NCBI RefSeq assembly: GCF_009914755.1
Contig: NC_060929.1
Length of the DNA: 64,000 bases
Strand: one strand, 5' to 3'
Source of the DNA: the human T2T-CHM13v2.0 reference genome, Homo sapiens
The position numbers and the translations under genes are program-made. The notes below the pieces were generated by a model, which was given only the letters and a program-made list of their open reading frames with translations, was not told the origin of the DNA and did no database searches. Below are positions 41,922 to 57,290 of the stretch, one piece after another. Position 1 is the first letter of the stretch. Each line of letters begins with the position of its first letter.

Positions 41922-43068
41922 TTAATATATATTTTTAAGATGTTTATTTTAACTAATTGGAAATGCTGATGAGGGAAAATATTTTGGAGGCTCTTTTGAA
42001 ATATCCTTTAAAATAACGCTTTACATATGGTTATATTAGAGTGTAATTTGCGGGGTTTTTATGAATTCCCTACAGAAAATAAAGAATGAATTCTACACTC
42101 CCACTTTTAGAATACTGAACCTCTTTCTTGTGTTTCCAGACTTCCTCATCTTATGACTATTCGTCTTCCACCGTAAGAGCTACAGTGCTGTGACAGAGGC
42201 ATGTGACCTAGCCGCAGCCTGGTAAGTGCATCAGAACCAGTCATTAAAAAAGTGAGGGGGGTAATAATGGATCGCTTTCTCTTTATAGCAACAGTAGCAG
42301 TACCTGAAAATTATAGGACCAAGCAAAACTTTCAGTTTTATCAATGAGCCAATTTATTATCCAGTTTTGAACATAGTTTCTGGCTACTAACTTTGAGTTT
42401 TGTTTTCTAGGACCGCAACAATTATACAAACTCCCAATATCCTTTTAACAAATTCATTGTCTGTTTAATCAGCCAAAGTCTTCTTTTGTTGTTTGTAACC
42501 AAGAACACTGAGTAGTACAAACAATATCCAACGTGCTAGTGAAGACTTTGAAGGACGCCATGACACTTCACAAGGAACCCGATTTACTGCAACCCATGGC
42601 TCAGATTCTCCGAGAATGGACTACAACTTTGCTTGTCCTAATGGATTTCTGCCACTCATCCAGGGATTTTCCTTTGAAATAATTTAACTATGCTTTTGGA
42701 AATTGCCAGTTTAATTCCTACTTTATTTTTGTTTTGATATCAAGTCACTTTTCCCCATTTACATGACTAAGTGTTCAATGAGTTATAAACAAAATAAAAA
42801 TTGATGTCAATTTTGATACATTTGCATAAGAAATTAGTGTAATGGTTTTAAATTGCATTCCAGTGAAATAAATTCATAGTCACGGTAATTCAGAAAAAAA
42901 TCTGCATATTTTTTCTTTAATGAAATATGGAATTTTTCACTTAGAAGATTAAAATTCAACTCCTTATGCTCTTAGGCAAGCCTCGAAAGTAGTTTGGAAC
43001 AAGAGCAACAGAAACAACAAGAAAAAGTCAAAGTATAAACATATCCTTAGCCTAAATGATTTATTTGG

Positions 43069-43390
43069 GGCTGGACACAGTGACTCACGCTTATAATCCC
43101 ACACTTTGGGAGGCTGAGGCAGGAGGGTTGCTTGAGCCCAGGAGTTCAAGACCAGCCTGGGCCTCATAGTGACACCTCATAACGAGTCCTCATCTCTACA
43201 TCTACCCCCTTTCTCCAAAAAAATTTTAAAAACACCTGGGCATGGTGGTACGCACCTGTGGTTCCAGCTACTCAAGAGACTGAGATGGGAAGATTGCTTG
43301 AGCCCAGGAATTTGAGATTTCAGTGACCTATGATTCCAACACTACACTTCAGCTTGGACAATAAAGTGAGACTCCCTCTCTTAAAAAAAA
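43069..43390 (+). mobile_element. AluJ
   Basis: Diverged dimer (ttgcttgagcccaggagttc). Confidence 0.9.
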
Positions 43391-43519
43391 AGGTCCTTTA
43401 AACCATGACATCTTGGTGAATCATGATTCTTCCCCAATATCTTCAAAGGAAACTTTCACCAGAAATACTATTTAATTTGTACCAATTTTAAATTCATAGA
43501 ATACAGATAGTACACTAGG

Positions 43520-43720
43520 GAAATTATAGTTAACAATAATTTGTTTATTTCAAAATAGCTAGAAAAGAAGAATTTTAATGTTTCCAACACAAAGAAAAGG
43601 CAACTGTTTTAGTTGATGGATGTCCCAATTACTCTGATTTGATCATTTCACATTGTATCTAGGTATCAAAATATTACATATACCCCCAAATATGTATGAC
43701 CATTATATAGCAATAAAAAC
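43520..43720 (+). mobile_element. L1MA 3' end fragment
   Basis: 'atagttaacaataat...tttcaaaatagctagaa...ttccaacacaaagaa...gatggatgtcccaattactctgatttgatcatt'. Confidence 0.8.
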
Positions 43721-43921
43721 ATGTATACTTTTATAGAATACATATTCTGGAACTTTCTTTGTAAGCTGTGACTAGCTCTAACAAACCTTTATTAGCAAGT
43801 CATTACAGGTAACTGTATTGTTACACTAGGTTCATTTAATCTTACCTGACTCAAATGCTATAAATTTAAAAAGCATTTTTTGAGCACTAGAGTGTATTTG
43901 TATAAAAGAGAGAGAGAGAGA

Positions 43922-43954
<33 letters not shown>

Positions 43955-44182
43955 GCATTCAACACCTTTCCTCCTTGGAGGGCAATTCTTCATTGCAAAT
44001 ATAATTGGAATTGGTGGGTTACTGAACATCACATCCCTCTATAGAAGCTAGGCAGACAAGAGCTATAGAATCCTATTCTGCCCACTTAATTAACAGCCAT
44101 ATGAACACACATGCACAAATCACATGGTCCCCAGTCGACTCTTTCTTACTTGATTGGGAGGTAAACAGGAAGGACAGTTGTA

Positions 44183-44808
<626 letters not shown>

Positions 44809-44821
44809 AAACAGTTGTATT

Positions 44822-45148
44822 ATTATTTTTTTAAATTTTCTTTCTTTCTTTTTTTTTTTTTTTTTTTGAGACTGACTTTCACTCTTTTTGCCCAGGCTGG
44901 AGTGCGAGGGCATGATCTCGGCTCACTGCAAACTCCACCTCCCAGGTTTAAGCAATTCTCTGCCTCAGGATCTCAAGTAGCTGAGATTATAGGTGCGTGC
45001 CACCACGCCCCACTAATTTTTATATTTTTAGTAGAGACGGGGGTTTCACCATCTTGGCCAGGCTGGCCTTGAACTCCTGACCTCGTGATTTATCTGCCTC
45101 GACCTCCCAAACTGCTAGGATTACAGGCGTGAGCCACCGCGCCTGGCC
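44822..45148 (-). mobile_element. AluSg-like (third of the trio)
   Basis: Dimer flanked by gttgtatt. Confidence 0.94.
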
Positions 45149-46919
45149 TGTTGTATTCTTAAATATGATACCAAGCTCCCTGCTTCCAAGCCTTAGGCAA
45201 GCTTTTCCTCTACCTCTCCTGCCCTCCTCATACCTTACAAGTCTGATTCTCCAGACTTTAGTCTACTCTGTGAATTCCTAAAGCTTTTTATTAAATTTGT
45301 TTTTTTCCTCAGGGTATCGAGAGATTGTTTCAGTTGCTTTCAATGAGGAAACTAAACACTCAAGAGTGACGTACTATAAGTTTTAAAGAATGGTATTGAC
45401 TACTTAAAACAGTGCCAGATATTTGGGGAAAGTAATTTTATGTATGAAGGAAGGGCATGAAAATGCATATTATTGTTAGGTTTACAAACATTACTGATTA
45501 TCTGAATCACCCCTCTCTTTCTAACTCCTTTTTTAATAGCATTAGAAATATTCTATGTAAATAGTCCAACATTCTCCTTTCCAAGCAAGGTCGTCCAGTT
45601 TTTCCACAAATAAAAAACTATCAGGTTTAAAGCTTGGATTTAGCAAATATGTACTCTTTCAAAAAGACTGAATGAAAAACTAAACAGAAATATTTGTAAA
45701 ATCAACTTTGACTGCCATGATGATTATATACAAAATTTTAGAAAACTGATTATTCTTGCTTCCCCAACCTTCTCAAATTGAGCTTATGCACTTTCACTGT
45801 TTAAATTTTATTTGACATAAGTGAGAAGCTAAGTAAGTAAAAGCACTTTTAAAAAGATCTGCAATGAGGATCATTGTATTAGAGTTTCAGACAAGGAACT
45901 CAGCTCATGAGCTTGCCTTCAGATTTAATTCTAGATGTCCTTTCTCTCTTGCACATGTGAATAAACAGAAAAAAGATTTCCGTTAGCTCGATCTCTGGTT
46001 TAAGCAGAAATGCAATCATCATGGTTCCTAAGTGTTGTGTGTACACTTTCTAACTCAATTTTCTCAGCATTATTTAGACACGCTCACTGCTAAAACCTGA
46101 TAGGAAGCCTTCCCACCCATACCAATTAACCTAACCCTGCAATTTTGTGTTACCCAGTCGTCCTTGAATCCTCCCTTGTTCTCCTCTATGCTGCTTATTT
46201 GAATTGGTTTGAATCCTTGCCCAGAAAATGTTTGTAATCTAAAAATTGTCTTAATCTTTTTGGTACAATTTTTCCTGCTTTTTAATTTCCTGAGAAACCC
46301 AAGTGAACTTCCGGACTTTTCTGCAGATCGCATGGAACACTATTTTTTAAGTGCAATTTTCTTTTTGTGTTTTGCCCATAGGAACTGGCATGTTAAAAAC
46401 AGCAGTCATTGGCCAAACCACAGTAAAGAGCTTCTCTCCCTTCCATTCTCATGGGCTTTCTAGGTGTTTCCCTCAGCAAGATCCATGAGGGAAAGAAAAG
46501 ACAAAAATAGTACTTATCTATCAAGTTAACAGTCTCTGAAAGTTAGGCATTGGAAAATATACATCAGTTGAGAGCTATGAAGTCAACTGTGCACTTGGAG
46601 TTACAAATTCTATGGATATTTGAGATTGGGTTTATACAAATGAATGAAGCTTAGAGAAATCTACAAGATGGCTCACATAGAAAATTAATTACTAATGCAT
46701 ATTTACTTAGGATCATAAAAGTAAGAGATAGTCACAAAAGTAAGAGACAGTCGTTAGAAGGGATGAGTACGTTCTCTGAAAAGGTTTCATTTAAAACTTG
46801 GTACTCTTTAGGTCATCACCTTTAGCCCTTCTGTAAGTAAACTTGAAATTACAGAATGGGTTCATGGATTTAACTGGATTATTTGGAATGCACAAATTTA
46901 TGTATTTGTCTTCAAATAA

Positions 46920-47075
46920 GGACAAGGAGGTAGGTATCCACACTCCTTCAGTTTCAGAAAGGAAGTGACTGAGACTTAGAATTGTGACGTGTCCAGAGTT
47001 GCATAGCTAGTAGCTGGTAGAAGCAGTATTTGAATGCAGGTCTATGTGGCTACAGAGCTAAAGTTCTTAAACACT
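46920..47075 (-). mobile_element. MIR SINE
   Basis: 'gactgagacttagaattgtgacgtgtccagagttgcatagctagtagctggtagaagcagtatttgaatgcaggtct'. Confidence 0.65.
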
Positions 47076-48054
47076 TCTCATCTCCATGGAGAGCTACAAT
47101 GTTTATGTCATAAGTATAAATCTTACACGTTAAAACTTATTTGAGATGAAAGCTGTACCTGGCAGGAACAACTGTACTTGTGCTGTTTTTTATCCTTGGC
47201 AATGGGAAGGGAAGTCATTCCCACGTAGGCCAGAAATTTTTCCATTTGTGCAATAATAATTTGCCTTTCTCTTAAAAAATAGAGAGGAGTTGACATTTCA
47301 CAAAGGACATGACATGAATACAAGCCAACCTAGAGCGTTTGCTTAATCTGCAATTATAATAATCTGTATGTTCAAAAGCTCCAACTATGAGACCAAACCT
47401 ACTTATAAGCAGTGATTTGGTGATTCAGTCCTTTTGTAGAATTATTTGATGGACCAGGATAGAATATATTCTAGATATATAGGAGACTGGTGTGGTTTGA
47501 ATGGCTTATTTTTAATGCATGTGTGTGAATGTGTGTGGGTGTTTGTATGTAATGGACATAGATAAAAAGGACAATATTCAATACCATCTAGTTTCAAATA
47601 ATTATTTTAAGAGTTACCAAATGATACATGGGTTCAGGGTGTACTGTGTTTTTATTCTCTTATTCAGATAAACCCATGTATCCTAGAATTCATGCATAAA
47701 TTGAGTTTTCTTTAATAGGTTGACTGTCTTCCTCCTTTAAAAGCATATGATCAAAATTGCATACTCTGAAATTGTCTTTCTTATATTCTATTTACTGCTG
47801 AGATGCTTCCCACATCAAAATATGTCAGAAAAAGCTGGAATAAATAGCTAACCACATTACAGAATACATCAGTAAACTATGGTAAGCCTAGAACTATGTA
47901 TATTGTATTACTATGTCTTCTCAGTTTTCAAGCTAAAGACAATTTATAAAATAACTGTTTTTCCTCAGAACAAACATTTCACCAAGAAATATAATTTTTT
48001 ATTTGTTCATGTCCTAATATATTTGAAAGGCAATTTTTAAAAACTAATGTGTCA

Positions 48055-48677
<623 letters not shown>

Positions 48678-48679
48678 CT

Positions 48680-48736
<57 letters not shown>

Positions 48737-49104
48737 ATGTGTGTCGTAAGTCAGAGCCCACAAAATTAGAGTCTACGGACTTTTGTTAGTCCACAGAAAG
48801 GTTTTACTTGAACATAAATTTAAGCCAGTGTTTAAACCATATGAAAATATAGACTCTGGATTTCATCATGAACTCTCCTATATTAAAAAGCAGTAGTTGG
48901 ACAAGATGATCCTTTAGCTCTTTTGGTTTGAAACAGTCAGAGATGTTGAGTCACCCTTTGCTGAAGGTTGAGAGTTACTATCTACCATTTTAAAATAAAA
49001 GATGCTCTGTCAGTTACCACTAAAGTGGTACTTTACCATGGTAGAGCTGGAGAGGAGGTTAGTTAGTAGGAATGAATGGTAAAGTTGTTTGCAACTTTCT
49101 AAGG

Positions 49105-49290
49105 CAACACCTTTCAAATTTTAGAGTATATAAGAACTACCTGTGAACTTGTGAAAATGCAGATTCTCTGCTATACCCTCAAAGGTTATGATTTAGAGAT
49201 TTGGGATGGGGACCTGAGTATTTGCATTTTGAAAAAGATTCCCAAGTGAGGCTGATGTTGATATACAGACCACAGTCCCACAGTTAGCAC
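49105..49290. mobile_element. MER5A-like DNA transposon relic
   Basis: 'ttcaaattttagagtatataagaactacctgtgaacttgtgaaaatgcagattc...tttgcatttt...cccaagtgaggctgatg'. Confidence 0.7.
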
Positions 49291-49519
49291 AGACTTACTG
49301 GAAATAGAATCTCAACCATTCAATTGACATCATATACAAAAATCAGCTCAAAATGTAATCAAAGTCCTAAGAGTTCAGAGTTATAACAAAACTATAGAAT
49401 CTTAGAAGCAATAAAAGTAACTATAAAACCTTAAAAGAAAATCTTCATGATCCTGAATTATGCATTTTTTTAAATATCTGACACAAAACACAAGCATCAT
49501 TGTCAACAAAAACAAATGA

Positions 49520-49883
<364 letters not shown>

Positions 49884-50039
49884 TAAAAAGAATTCAATGT
49901 AGTAGAAATTTTGTATAAATAATATATCTGATGAGGGACTTACACCAAAAATAGAAAAAAAATTCTTACAAGTATATAATAAAAAGATAAATAGCCCAGT
50001 TTAAAAATGGCAAAGAATTTGATAGACAGTCATCCAAAG

Positions 50040-52066
50040 CAGGGTTGTACAGAGGCAGCCACAGCAACACACAGAGCCATCTGTTGGGTCGCAGGTGGGA
50101 TAGGAGACTGAAAGGCCTGCTCCAGAGGGAGGATGAACACTTTAGAGGAAGATAACTTCTTACTGTCTTTCTCCTCCACCTCTGCTGAACAATTTTATTC
50201 TGTAGCTGGATATTTATACTACATTATGGTGGATAACGAGTTGTAGTTATTACAGAGAAATTTCTTGGACATATACTGTCAGGAATTTGAAGACAAGTTA
50301 AAGAATAAACTCACCTACATGACTACTTTTAATGAATATATTTATTTGGTGGAAAAGTATATTAAAGACCAGCTGCTGGGGCAGATGCTTGGATTTAACA
50401 TGGCAGCCTTATGACATTACAGCACCATAAAGATGAAGCGGTTGGTGACATATTTGACATACTGTTCACATTTACAGGTTTGATAGCATTTAAAGAATGA
50501 TTTCTGGACCACAAAGAAGAAAAACAAGGCTGGGGTTGGACTTAAGCAGTGGTTTACTGGTGACTTCATTGTGTAAATCATCTTCTATGTTAGCTTCCCA
50601 GAACGATCTGAAGCACTAGGTCCTACCTCCAGCCAACGAATGAGATCATTCTGGATGTCACCAGGCCAAAAGGCCAATAGGCTCAGCTAATAATGACTTA
50701 AGAATAAATTTCGGAAAGACTTACTGTGTTCTGCAACTATTCCCTCATGTTATGTATTGATGGGCCAAAACCAAAATGACCTAACCCTCCTGGACATATT
50801 TCTCCTGAAACACCTTCTTATATTCATTAACCTTAGTACGCCTCCTGAAGTGTTTAGGAACCCTAATACTCCTCTCCTCCCCAAGTAAACACTGCTCTCA
50901 CATGCTTCTGAGTCAGACCCCTCTGAAGAAAGCCCATGTCAAGCATCTCACCCGGAAGACCCCTGGCCCAGCATACATGTTGGTGTGTTAACAGCATGGA
51001 ATAACCCACTATCAGGAGCCCTCTTTGTCCCAGGAGCTTTGCATGAATCTTTTTGCGCACTCACAGCTCTTTTGTACATGGTTCAGAATTTCAGTCCTTC
51101 AGTCTCAATGGGTTTTTTATATTTATCTAGTGTGTTAGTCAAGCCAGCTGCCTGTCTTGATATTTCGGAATCTTCTATGATGACAGCTTGTCTTGGCTTT
51201 AGGAATCAACTGATGAAAGAGATGACCTTTACCTAAAAACTACATGTGAAAGTCAACTACTAGTCTTAACATTTGCAGTCATTGTGTCACTATGTCTTCT
51301 TCTGGTCCTGATGTAGTATCACTATTTCTAGAAGTCTATCTTAAGCATTCTTTACAGAAAAAAAGAAATATATATATATTTATATATTTCTTTATATATA
51401 TATATATATCTCTCTCTATCTCTCTCTCTCTCTATATATATATCTATAGATAGAGAGAGAGAGAGAGATGAATACTCAAGCTTACCTAGTGGCTATCATC
51501 TTGGAATTTTCATGATTATTCAAAGATCAAAGTATTATATGCTATGTGCTTTGTAGTCTTTAGTGCTATGAAGGCAAAAATGCTTCCTACATTGTCCTTT
51601 GCTCCTATTTTACTGGGCACCAATGAATGCATGCTGTGTGTTGGAGACAGACTAAAAGGTATCCTGTTCCTATAGCGTGTTAAATGTGTCTGTGCATATT
51701 TGCAGAAAATCCTTTCTGTATAAACCAGTTTGTTAGGTTCACTGTTGGGGTAGGTACAGACTCTATAATTTCTTCTTTCTATAAAAATCTCTCCTACCAA
51801 GATGGCGTTCCACTGATTGAGCTCAATATGGGAAGAACGTAGTAAATAGCTTTACTGGTCATCTGTCTGCTTTGGTTTAGTACAATGTTTGGTAGAATAT
51901 TACTTACAAGAAAACATACATGTCACATATCTAGAAAAAAAAAGTAGCAGCTTAATTCCCAATCCTTTGAGTTTCTAAAAGTAAAAACAAGGATCTGTAC
52001 TGACTTTTCACATCAATGAGCTACAAGCTATGTGTTTTTCTGTAGTGTTGTGCACCATGAAGGACA
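50040..52066 (+). pseudogene. ARL2BP: Processed pseudogene of ARL2BP/BART (5'UTR, CDS remnant 50133-50619, long 3'UTR)
   Basis: Manual translation gives MNTLEEDNFLLSFSSTSAEQFYSVAGYLYYIMVDNEL*LLQRNFLDIYCQEFEDKLKNKLTYMTTFNEYIYLVEKYIKDQLL...FNMAA...LQHHKDEAVGDIFDILFTFT...GLDLSSGL..TSLCKSSSMLASQNDLKH*. This matches recalled ARL2BP. It is intronless, with an in-frame TAG at 50244-46 and later frameshifts. Which numbered ARL2BPP locus it is cannot be determined here. Confidence 0.93.
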
Positions 52067-53674
52067 AAAAAGATATGCAACTAACCAATAAGCACATGAA
52101 AAGATTCTCGACTTAATTAGCCACCAAGAAAATTAAAATGAAACCCATAATGAGATATCACTTTACACACACTAGGATGGTTATAATCAAAACAAAGGAC
52201 AAATAGCAAGTGTTGGTAAGGATATGAAACCATCGTACATTGTTGGTGAGAACGTAAAATGGTGCAGTTCCTTTGAAAAATAGCCTGGCAGTTTCTCAAA
52301 ATGTTAAGCATTGATGCAGTAATTTCACTCACAGGTATAGGTGAAAGCATATGTCCACAAAAAAAAACCTTATGTATGAATGTTCATAGTAGCATGATTT
52401 ATGATAACTAAACAAATGGGAACAACCCAAATGCCCATCAAATGATGAGTGAATAAATAAAATGTCTTATATCCATAAAATGGGATAGTATTTGGCAATA
52501 AAAAGGAATGAAGTACTGATGCATGCTTCAACATAAAATAACTTTGAAAACATGTTAGTTAAAAGGATAAAGTTACATAGAAACTACATATGTTATAATT
52601 TCTTTCTATGGAATGTCTAGAATATACAAATTTATAGAGACAGTGAATAGATTAGTGGGGTGGAGATAGGAAGATTTTGGTCAGGTAATGGGTAGGGGAT
52701 ATGTGGTTTCTTTCTGGAGTAATAAAAATGTTCTAAAATCAATTTTGTTCATGGACACACAACCCTCAGAATATACTAGAACCCATTAAATATACACTTT
52801 AAATGGGTGAATTGCATGCTGTGTGAATTATATCTCAATAAGGGTGTTTTTGTAAAGACACTCAAAAACATTTATTGAGCAATTACTGCATATTGATCAC
52901 TGTCTTTTCCCTCTTTGTGACCTTCAGAGTTTCTGATTAAATAGCAATTCTTCTGGAAATTTTTTTAACCACCTTTCCCATTGATCGGATTTGATGCTTT
53001 GACTAAGTACTTTCAACAAACCCTATACTTCCCCTTCAAATCATGTCTCAGACTTTAATGTGATTGATTATCCCATGTTCGGTCACTTTTCTCAGATTCT
53101 AAGTTTCAGTAACCATGAATGTCTTGTCTTCTATTATCCTCATAACTTACTACGGTGCTTGGTAGATGTGATACTTAATAAATTATTCCTGAATTAATTA
53201 ATGAAGGACACATGGTCTTATGTGATTACAAACTTCTTTCTTTCTAATTTCATAACAGTCCTGTAGCATGAGGTGAAGAGAAAGTCAAGGACTTCCTCTG
53301 CTATTCATAAGCATGGCCAAGGGGGAAGACAAAGTGACTTTCATTGCTACAAAAGACTACAGTGGAATATTTTTTAAAAGGAGCATCAGATTGCAGTGAG
53401 AAGACATTAAAATCCAGATTACATTTTTTAAGCTGTGCAACCCTGGGCAAGTTCCTTCACCTAGGAACTTCTGCATATCAGTGAAATACTGGAAATTATA
53501 CCCACTTCTACTTTCTCCACTGGGTGGCTTGGAAGAACAAATAAGATAACCTGAATGTTAACCCCTTGTAGAAATTTGAAACTGTACAATTATAAGTTGC
53601 TAATGGTGTGGCACATTAGTAAAGAAGTAAAGCTATAACAATTAAGGAAAGACCTGTGTTTACGTCAGAGCCCT

Positions 53675-54200
53675 CTAGCAGGTATTCTAAAGTGCCTACA
53701 CAATAGCCAGCCTTTCTTCCTTGCTAACTATCTAATTTTGTTTGAGCAGCCATGTGCCTAGCTATGAGGAATGACTTATGAATGGTCTAAGCAAATCATT
53801 AAAATGATATTTCCCTTACCTGCAATCGGTCTTGGAATTAACAGGTGATTCAGTTCTTGCCAATACAAAGTACTCTAAATTCATTGTATGTGCCAGAGAA
53901 AGATTTTCCTCCTTGAAAAGAGGCACACCAAGAAAACCTTTTTATACTCACCTGTTTTGCTTCCTGTGTAAGATTCTTACCTATAAAGACCTGAGGCAGA
54001 ACAATACTGCCACCATCCTCTAGCCATGAAGGAAGGAACAAGAGAACCAGAGATGCTGCACCAACAACTGCTACTGAGTCAACCTCGGACCCACATACCC
54101 CCAGACCTCTTGTCATCTAAGGTGAATGACTGCCTTTAATATTGAAGCCACTGTTGATAGGGTTTTGTAATAGTGGTTGTTGAAAGCATTCTAACTCATG
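53675..54200 (+). mobile_element. MLT1J-like solo LTR
   Basis: 'ttcttccttgctaac...ttttgtttgagcagccatgtgcctagc...tggtctaagcaaatca...tgccaccatcctctagccatgaagg...gaaagcattctaac'. Confidence 0.7.
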
Positions 54201-55255
54201 CTCAGCTCTTTGGGAAATGCAATGGCATGGTGACCTGGGGAACACTAGGAATCTATCAAAATGCCTTTTTATGTTATGTAAAGCAGCAGCAGTTTAATGT
54301 CCCCTTGTGTTTTGCCACTTTAGAGCAGTAACTATAGGCAATTAAATTTCTGAAAATTGGAAAACTTGCTCCTTAATTTAGGCAGATTAATTGAAATGAT
54401 AAAAGTTATTTTAAAAAGTTCATGTCTAAGTACTTGTCACACTAATTTTGATCAAAGGAGAGAAGACAAAGCACAGGAGAAAACGGTGGGTTTCACAAAC
54501 CTGTGGGATTTGCTGATCTCCATCGTATTAATAGATTCCTATAGGTTCATGCCACTGCTTTCAACAGGGTATAATATATAGTTGAAGGCTAATTATGCAA
54601 TTGTCTGTGTGGCTTTTGTAGTCTTGCTTTCCCAGCCAACATCTGTTTCTTTTATTAGAGTAACCATATTAATGCAGCTGTGAGGCGCAGAAATAGAGGC
54701 AGGGACAACACACACCCATAAAAATTTGTGACAATTCTTTCATTATTTTATCAAATAAAATGAGTTGTTTCTATCCGGTTGAGTTTCTTTGGAGGTAATT
54801 TTATTGAAAATAAACAAGGGCTAACTCTCCACCCAGACAATGAGTGGCTTACTTAATGGAGATTTAGCACTTACGTATTTTCTTAATACTCAATCTTAAT
54901 ACTTCTTAATACTGCCTGAAAAGAACAACTATTGACACATTGTTTTCAATGAATTTTTTTCTTTTCTCTTCAGAGATAAACCCAAGGCAGTCTCAGCTTT
55001 GGCAAATATGGATAACGCTGAATGATTCTAAGGTACTCTAAAGAGAGTCATTCTTTTCTAAAAAGGATGACTCCAAGCTTATTGTTAGAATAACCCTTTA
55101 CTGTATTCATATTTGTGCCCCCAATGCTGGGAAAAGTGCTTGGCACACAGTAGTGGTTCAACTAATTTTTTGTGGAATGAATGAGGGAATGAACAAATTG
55201 GTAATTCTCCAAATTTTACCACTGTAATTCTCTTTTATTTCCTTTTCTAGATCAT

Positions 55256-55700
55256 TGTATTAGTCCATTCTCACATTGCTATAAAGAAATACCTAAGAAT
55301 GGGTAATTAATAAAGAAAAGGGGTTTAACTAGCTCATGGTTCTGCAGGCCGTACAGGAAGCATGATGCTGGGATCTGCTCAGCTTCTGGAGAGGCCTCAG
55401 GAAATTTGCAATCATGGTGGAAGGCAAAGGGAGAGCAGGCACATCCCATGGCCAGAGCAGGAGCATATGAGCGAGGAGGGAGGTGCTACACACTTAATGA
55501 CTAGATCTCGAGATAACTCACTCACTATCACGAGGACAGCACCAAGAGGGACTGTGCTAAACCATTCATGAGAAACCTTCCCTCATGATCCAATCACCTC
55601 CCCCCATGATCCAATCCCCTCCCCACAGGTCCAATCTCCAATGTTGGAGACTGCATTTTAATATGAGATTCGGGCAGGAACACACATCCAAACCATATTA
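55256..55700 (-). mobile_element. MSTA/B-like MaLR solo LTR
   Basis: 'tgtattagtccattctcacattgctataaagaaatacct...catgatccaatcacctccc...atccaaaccatatta'. 5-bp TSD atcat/atcac. Confidence 0.9.
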
Positions 55701-57211
55701 ATCACGGACCTTGTGCTTTTGTAAAATATCTCTCAAACCATATGTGTTAAGAATTTTTGAACCATGAAGACACATGTGACTGCATAATTACCACAGATCA
55801 GCAAGAGCTAGAGTGAAGAATTGTTGGATTTCAGTTTAATTTGGTATGCAGATATCAACTGAGAGTAGGTAATATGTGGTCTCCATTAGGCATTTGAAAC
55901 ATTGAAAATAACTCGCAGACCCTCGCTTATTGAAGAGAGCATGTGAAGAGAATCTAGATTCCGGGTCACTGGTGGGCCACGTGGGCTGTCCTGGAGAATA
56001 TACTTTGACCAAAAAAAAAAAAAAATTACTCTCCTGTATTTGGTAAATTCATACTCCTTATCCAAGCCCACATCTCCAAGTAAGACCACCAGGAAGTAAT
56101 AGAAGGGGCTGTCATGCACTTAGATAGCAAGAACAGCTTAGTCAGCCCTAAGATGGAAAATATTATAAGAAGATTATCTTTGCATCTCACTGTCCTCTGT
56201 GAGAGTAAAGAAAATGACCTAAACCACCTCATATGCGACCTCGCAGATCAACCATATTGCCATTTTACTTGACATTGTCCTTCATACAAACATTGTTCAT
56301 TCCCTGTTCCTAACTTCCTAGGTCATGATAACCTTAAGAATATCCTTCTAAACTCTCTTCTGCTCACTAAAATGCCATTCTTTCTTATATCAATGTATAC
56401 AGTCAATTCGTTATGACATAATATTTTCCTTCCTTGAATTCCTGAACAACGTATAGTCTTCCCCACATTATTTGACCATGCATGGTCTGTCCTAAATTAT
56501 TTCACAATGCACAGCCTATCCCATATTATGGCAGCATATATAGCCCACACTGTATTAACTTCACCATGATCACTATTATTTTTAACAATAGATACCCATT
56601 ATTCTTTACATATTATGTGCTAGGTGCTATATTAGGTGCTTCATAAATATATGTCAGGGTTACATCTCAGGGTATATCCTGAGAACAGCATTTCTCCTCC
56701 CCTAGCCTAGGCCAAAGTAGAAACAAAGACTCAAAGTTGGTTCTGGTCTAAGTGTACATCCTTGATCAAAAAGTGACCATGTCTCCCCTTGAGTCTTAGA
56801 CAAAGTAATTATCACTAGGCTTCCTTTTGATTTTTTTTCTCAATCATGGACCCTGTGCATTTATAAAAACAGGGTTTGAGAAAGGGCCAGGAGTCGACAA
56901 AGGGGAAAAGAGTGGAGGGTTCTGATTAACTGTAGAATAAAGAAGTTTTCATTATTGAGGACCATGGAGAGGCGAGTGGAAAGGGCAACTCTTCCAATTG
57001 TTCTAGGGAATGGTTGGCCCTTCATTTAAGGAAAACCCACTATCTCAACAATCCTGGTCACTTGTAAGTCCCTGAACTAAGGGTGTCCATATTTAGGAAC
57101 TGTTATGTAGTTCTTCCTGCTTACTCTGAATTAAGAGACCTTGGTCCACATTCTATCTAGAAAAATTTCATAGAAACCTATTTTCGGGTTTATGTATCTC
57201 ATAAGTTTGCC

Positions 57212-57290
57212 TCAATTATAAACCCCTAAAGAACTAGAATAGTATAAATTCAATTATAAACCTCAAAGAACTAGAATAGTGTTAAATTCA
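57212..57290. repeat. Tandem duplication, 2 x about 38 bp
   Basis: tcaattataaacc..aaagaactagaatagt..taaattca is repeated. Confidence 0.85.

Noticed and set aside
42615-42635. ggactacaact resembling a ZNF143/SBS promoter motif
   Set aside because: Only a partial match lacking the TCCCA half, and there is no CpG island nearby.
46713-46752. Small 20-bp tandem repeat (aaaagtaagaga.agtc)
   Set aside because: An ordinary short slippage duplication with no evidence of function.
50133-50619. Functional ARL2BP retrogene
   Set aside because: In-frame TAG at codon 38 plus later frameshifts and stops.
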